Source: Methanobacteriota archaeon
GTDB taxonomy: Archaea > Methanobacteriota > Methanobacteria > Methanobacteriales > Methanobacteriaceae
DNA: 64,000 nt
NCBI GenBank assembly: GCA_963787255.1
Contig: CAWBCJ010000018.1
Span: 1 to 64,000, forward strand
Direction of reading: 5' to 3'
The notes beneath the pieces were generated by a model that ran no database searches, was not told the origin of the DNA, and was given only the letters and a program-made list of their open reading frames with translations. Both the position numbers and the translations under genes were made by a program. Each line of letters starts with the position of its first letter. Within the stretch, counting starts at the first letter, position 1. Positions 61,609 to 64,000 of the stretch are shown here, piece after piece.

Positions 61609-62088
61609 CTATTCTTTCATGAAAAGCATTAATATTCCAGTTATTAAAAGCCATAGGCCAATTAGTACACCTAGAACCACAGGATTTGCGATGAAAGTTC
61701 CTACGATTACGTATAATATACCTATTATTAGTGCTACGACTCCATTCCATCTGCTACCGCCAGTTTTTGTGAATACTCCCATAATACCAGCAATAATTAG
61801 GAATAATCCAACGATCCAAACTATAAAACCAACTAACCAGCTGAATAGTCCAGGGTTGAAGATGAATCCAATACCAAGAACAAGGGCTATTATTCCCAAT
61901 ATAAGTTCCAGTATTCCCATAGCGAAACTTTCACCCATTTCAGCTATTCCGGCTAATAGAAGACCGATACCCAAAAATAGAACTATAAATCCAGTAAGTA
62001 AAGCTAATGGGATTACTCCTAAAACGGGGAAAGCCAAAACAATCAGCCCTAACACTATCAATATCAATGCACTGCCATTTTTTTCCAT
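61609..62088 (-). CDS. DUF308/HdeD-family membrane protein
   Basis: Paralog of 58641-59120; AGGAGG RBS. Confidence 0.85.
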   Translation of the reverse strand: MEKNGSALILIVLGLIVLAFPVLGVIPLALLTGFIVLFLGIGLLLAGIAEMGESFAMGILELILGIIALVLGIGFIFNPGLFSWLVGFIVWIVGLFLIIAGIMGVFTKTGGSRWNGVVALIIGILYVIVGTFIANPVVLGVLIGLWLLITGILMLFMKE

Positions 62089-62255
62089 ATCTTTCTACCT
62101 CCTGATTTTTCTATATATATAGGTTAGATTTTGTTTATTATTAACTTTTTGTAGTTATCACTTCTTTATGCTTCATTTGAAATTGATCCGCCATTATTTT
62201 GCATGGTCTTAATTAAAAGTTAAATGAAAAAAAATAAATTAATTTTATATGTAAT

Positions 62256-62762
62256 TTAATCACTTATTTTTTGCTCTAAATCTTTTTTATCAAGTTTTAG
62301 CACAACATAGTCTCCAATTTGTTTTATATCAACATCAGAGATTATTAGATGCTTTTTATTAAATGCTCCACCAGTCGAGATAAGAACATTATGGATAAGA
62401 CATTTTTTAGGGTCAATAACCATATTTTCTATTTTACCCACAGTCATTGCATCTCCGGATACTACAGTTTTTCCTATTAAGTCTTTATAATGAAATTCAT
62501 TTTTCATTAAATCTTCAATTTTATCCACTTTTGATATTTTATCCATGTCATCTTTGCCTAATTTTAGCTGCACATAGTCGCCTATTTCTGCTAAATCATT
62601 TTCAGTTACTGCAAAATACTTCTTTTTTAAAGCACCTCCTTCAACTATTATTATTTTATCAACAAGGCACTCCTTTAAGTTCATTGCAAGATCAGCTATT
62701 TTACCTACTTCTACCGCTTCTTGGTTTAGTACTTTCATTCCAATAAAATCACTAGCATTCAT
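62256..62762 (-). CDS. tandem double PRC-barrel protein
   Basis: Two repeats of IG..V....A..VGKI.....I..GG...KK......D...IGDYV.LKL. Confidence 0.88.
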   Translation of the reverse strand: MNASDFIGMKVLNQEAVEVGKIADLAMNLKECLVDKIIIVEGGALKKKYFAVTENDLAEIGDYVQLKLGKDDMDKISKVDKIEDLMKNEFHYKDLIGKTVVSGDAMTVGKIENMVIDPKKCLIHNVLISTGGAFNKKHLIISDVDIKQIGDYVVLKLDKKDLEQKISD

Positions 62763-62799
62763 TATTTTACCTCCTAATTTAAAATCATATTTAATTACA

Positions 62800-63189
62800 T
62801 TATTTTTGTTTTTGAACTAAATTATTTATGGTTTCTTCTAATTCTATCATAATTTCTTCTAATTCATGTTTTTGATCCTGTACGACACACAGAGTATCTA
62901 AAAGCACATCCCTAAGCTCATTAGTGACGACAACACTCCACATCTCATCAAGATAGTTATATAGGGTAATTAAATCATCTGGGGACTCTTTATTAGATTC
63001 TATATCGTTTTTAACAAGCTTTACAAATGTAATAAGTTCAGCATCTAAATGAAACAGGTTTTCTACTAAAAAAGCTATTCGAGCTACAATTTCCTCCTGC
63101 AATTCCTTTTTCAATAACCCTTCAATAGGTATTTCCAATTTACCTAATGGTGATTCAATTTTTTTGCTATTTTCTTCCATCATATTCAT
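62800..63189 (-). CDS. acidic helical hypothetical protein
   Basis: Glu/Leu-rich ORF downstream of motif copy 7. Confidence 0.65.
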   Translation of the reverse strand: MNMMEENSKKIESPLGKLEIPIEGLLKKELQEEIVARIAFLVENLFHLDAELITFVKLVKNDIESNKESPDDLITLYNYLDEMWSVVVTNELRDVLLDTLCVVQDQKHELEEIMIELEETINNLVQKQK

Positions 63190-63235
63190 TTCCTAATTTT
63201 AATTAAACTATGATGAATTGTATATACTCTTAATT

Positions 63236-63269
63236 AATAAATAATTATCTATTTTAAATGTACGATTAA
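63236..63269 (-). promoter_or_regulatory. island motif copy 7 (minus strand)
   Basis: Reverse complement reads TTAATCGTACATTTAAAATAGATAATTATTTATT. Confidence 0.8.
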
Positions 63270-63339
63270 ATAAGAGGTTAATACAAGTTAAAATCTTCCT
63301 GTAATGATGGAAAGTGTTATAAACCTATGGTAGCAAATA

Positions 63340-64000
63340 ATGACTAACAATTTGGAATTAATTGGAAGAACTCCTAAAATTTGATGATATGACAAATAAA
63401 ACAAAAAATAAAGTTTCTAATCTTGAATTAGGTTTAAATAAAGATGCTGAAAAAATAAAAAGGTTAGAAACTACCCTAAAAGAGATTAAAAATAAATTTG
63501 ATGAAGCACAGTCAATTGCACAGTTTGGTTTTTGGGAAATAGATCCAGTAACTTTAAAATCCAACTTGGACTGAAGGAATTTATAAAATTGCTGGTTTAG
63601 AACCTAAAAATGGACAGCTCAAATATTATGATCTAAAAGAAATTATACACCCTGAAGATTGGGATCTTTTTTATAATGCCAAACAAACTGTAATTACAAC
63701 AGGAAAAGATGTTGAAATTGATATAAGAATGATAAGACCAGATAGTTCTATACGTTATGTTCATGTTATTGCAAAACCAAAAAATGATGAAAATGGAAAA
63801 GTTGTAGGTGTAAGGGGTACAGCTCAAGATATCACTGATTTAAAAAGAATTGAAAATCGTTTAAAAGAGTCAGAGACATTTTACAAGACTCTTTTTGAAA
63901 ATACAGGGACTGCAAGCATTATCGTTGATGAAGATACAACCATATTAATGGCTAATACACAGTTTGAAAACTTTTCAGGTTATTCTAAAGAAGAAGTAGA
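63340..64000 (+). CDS. PAS-domain sensor protein (probably a histidine kinase), frameshifted at ~63561 and truncated by the window
   Basis: AQSIAQFGFWEID / TWTEGIYKIAG, IIHPEDW, IRPD.SIRYV, GTAQDITDLK, YKTLFENTG. Confidence 0.85.

Noticed and set aside
13172-62746. Numerous ORF-track entries antisense to or nested in well-supported genes (e.g. 15008, 40702, 44097, 53543, 61619)
   Set aside because: They are shadow frames of real genes, with no RBS or family motifs.
49932-63269. Island motif as a CRISPR array or MITE family
   Set aside because: Spacing is irregular and kilobase-scale with whole genes between copies; no cas genes, terminal repeats or target-site duplications.

Overview
AT-rich (roughly 30% GC by eye) chromosomal segment of a methanogenic archaeon, most likely Methanobacterium (Methanobacteriales). 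This assignment rests on Alba, NucS, an ArcS-like PUA protein, geranylgeranyl reductase, a trpEGCFBAD operon divergent from trpY, a MurG-like glycosyltransferase and a CCA-less tRNA-Ile. I saw no integrase, transposase or CRISPR array. Two things stand out. (1) At 26.4-28.5 kb, a radical SAM/SPASM enzyme sits beside two divergently encoded 58-aa CPxCG...CxxCGY peptides that the ORF track missed, forming a candidate archaeal RiPP/peptide-maturation system. (2) At 49.9-63.3 kb, an island of uncharacterised small membrane proteins (DUF308/HdeD x3, DUF5518, DUF3566-like, GAP, AI-2E, MFS, SHOCT, YbjQ, PRC-barrel) carries seven copies of a 16-bp near-palindrome TTAATTGTACATTTAA. Six are followed at fixed spacing by a BRE/TATA-like tail, which suggests an undescribed regulon; one copy precedes a ~120-nt self-complementary leader. 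Several conserved genes (trpB, trpC, a flavin disulfide reductase, a GNAT, a PAS sensor) carry single-base insertions that are probably assembly errors. All family calls are by motif recognition from memory; no database search was run.
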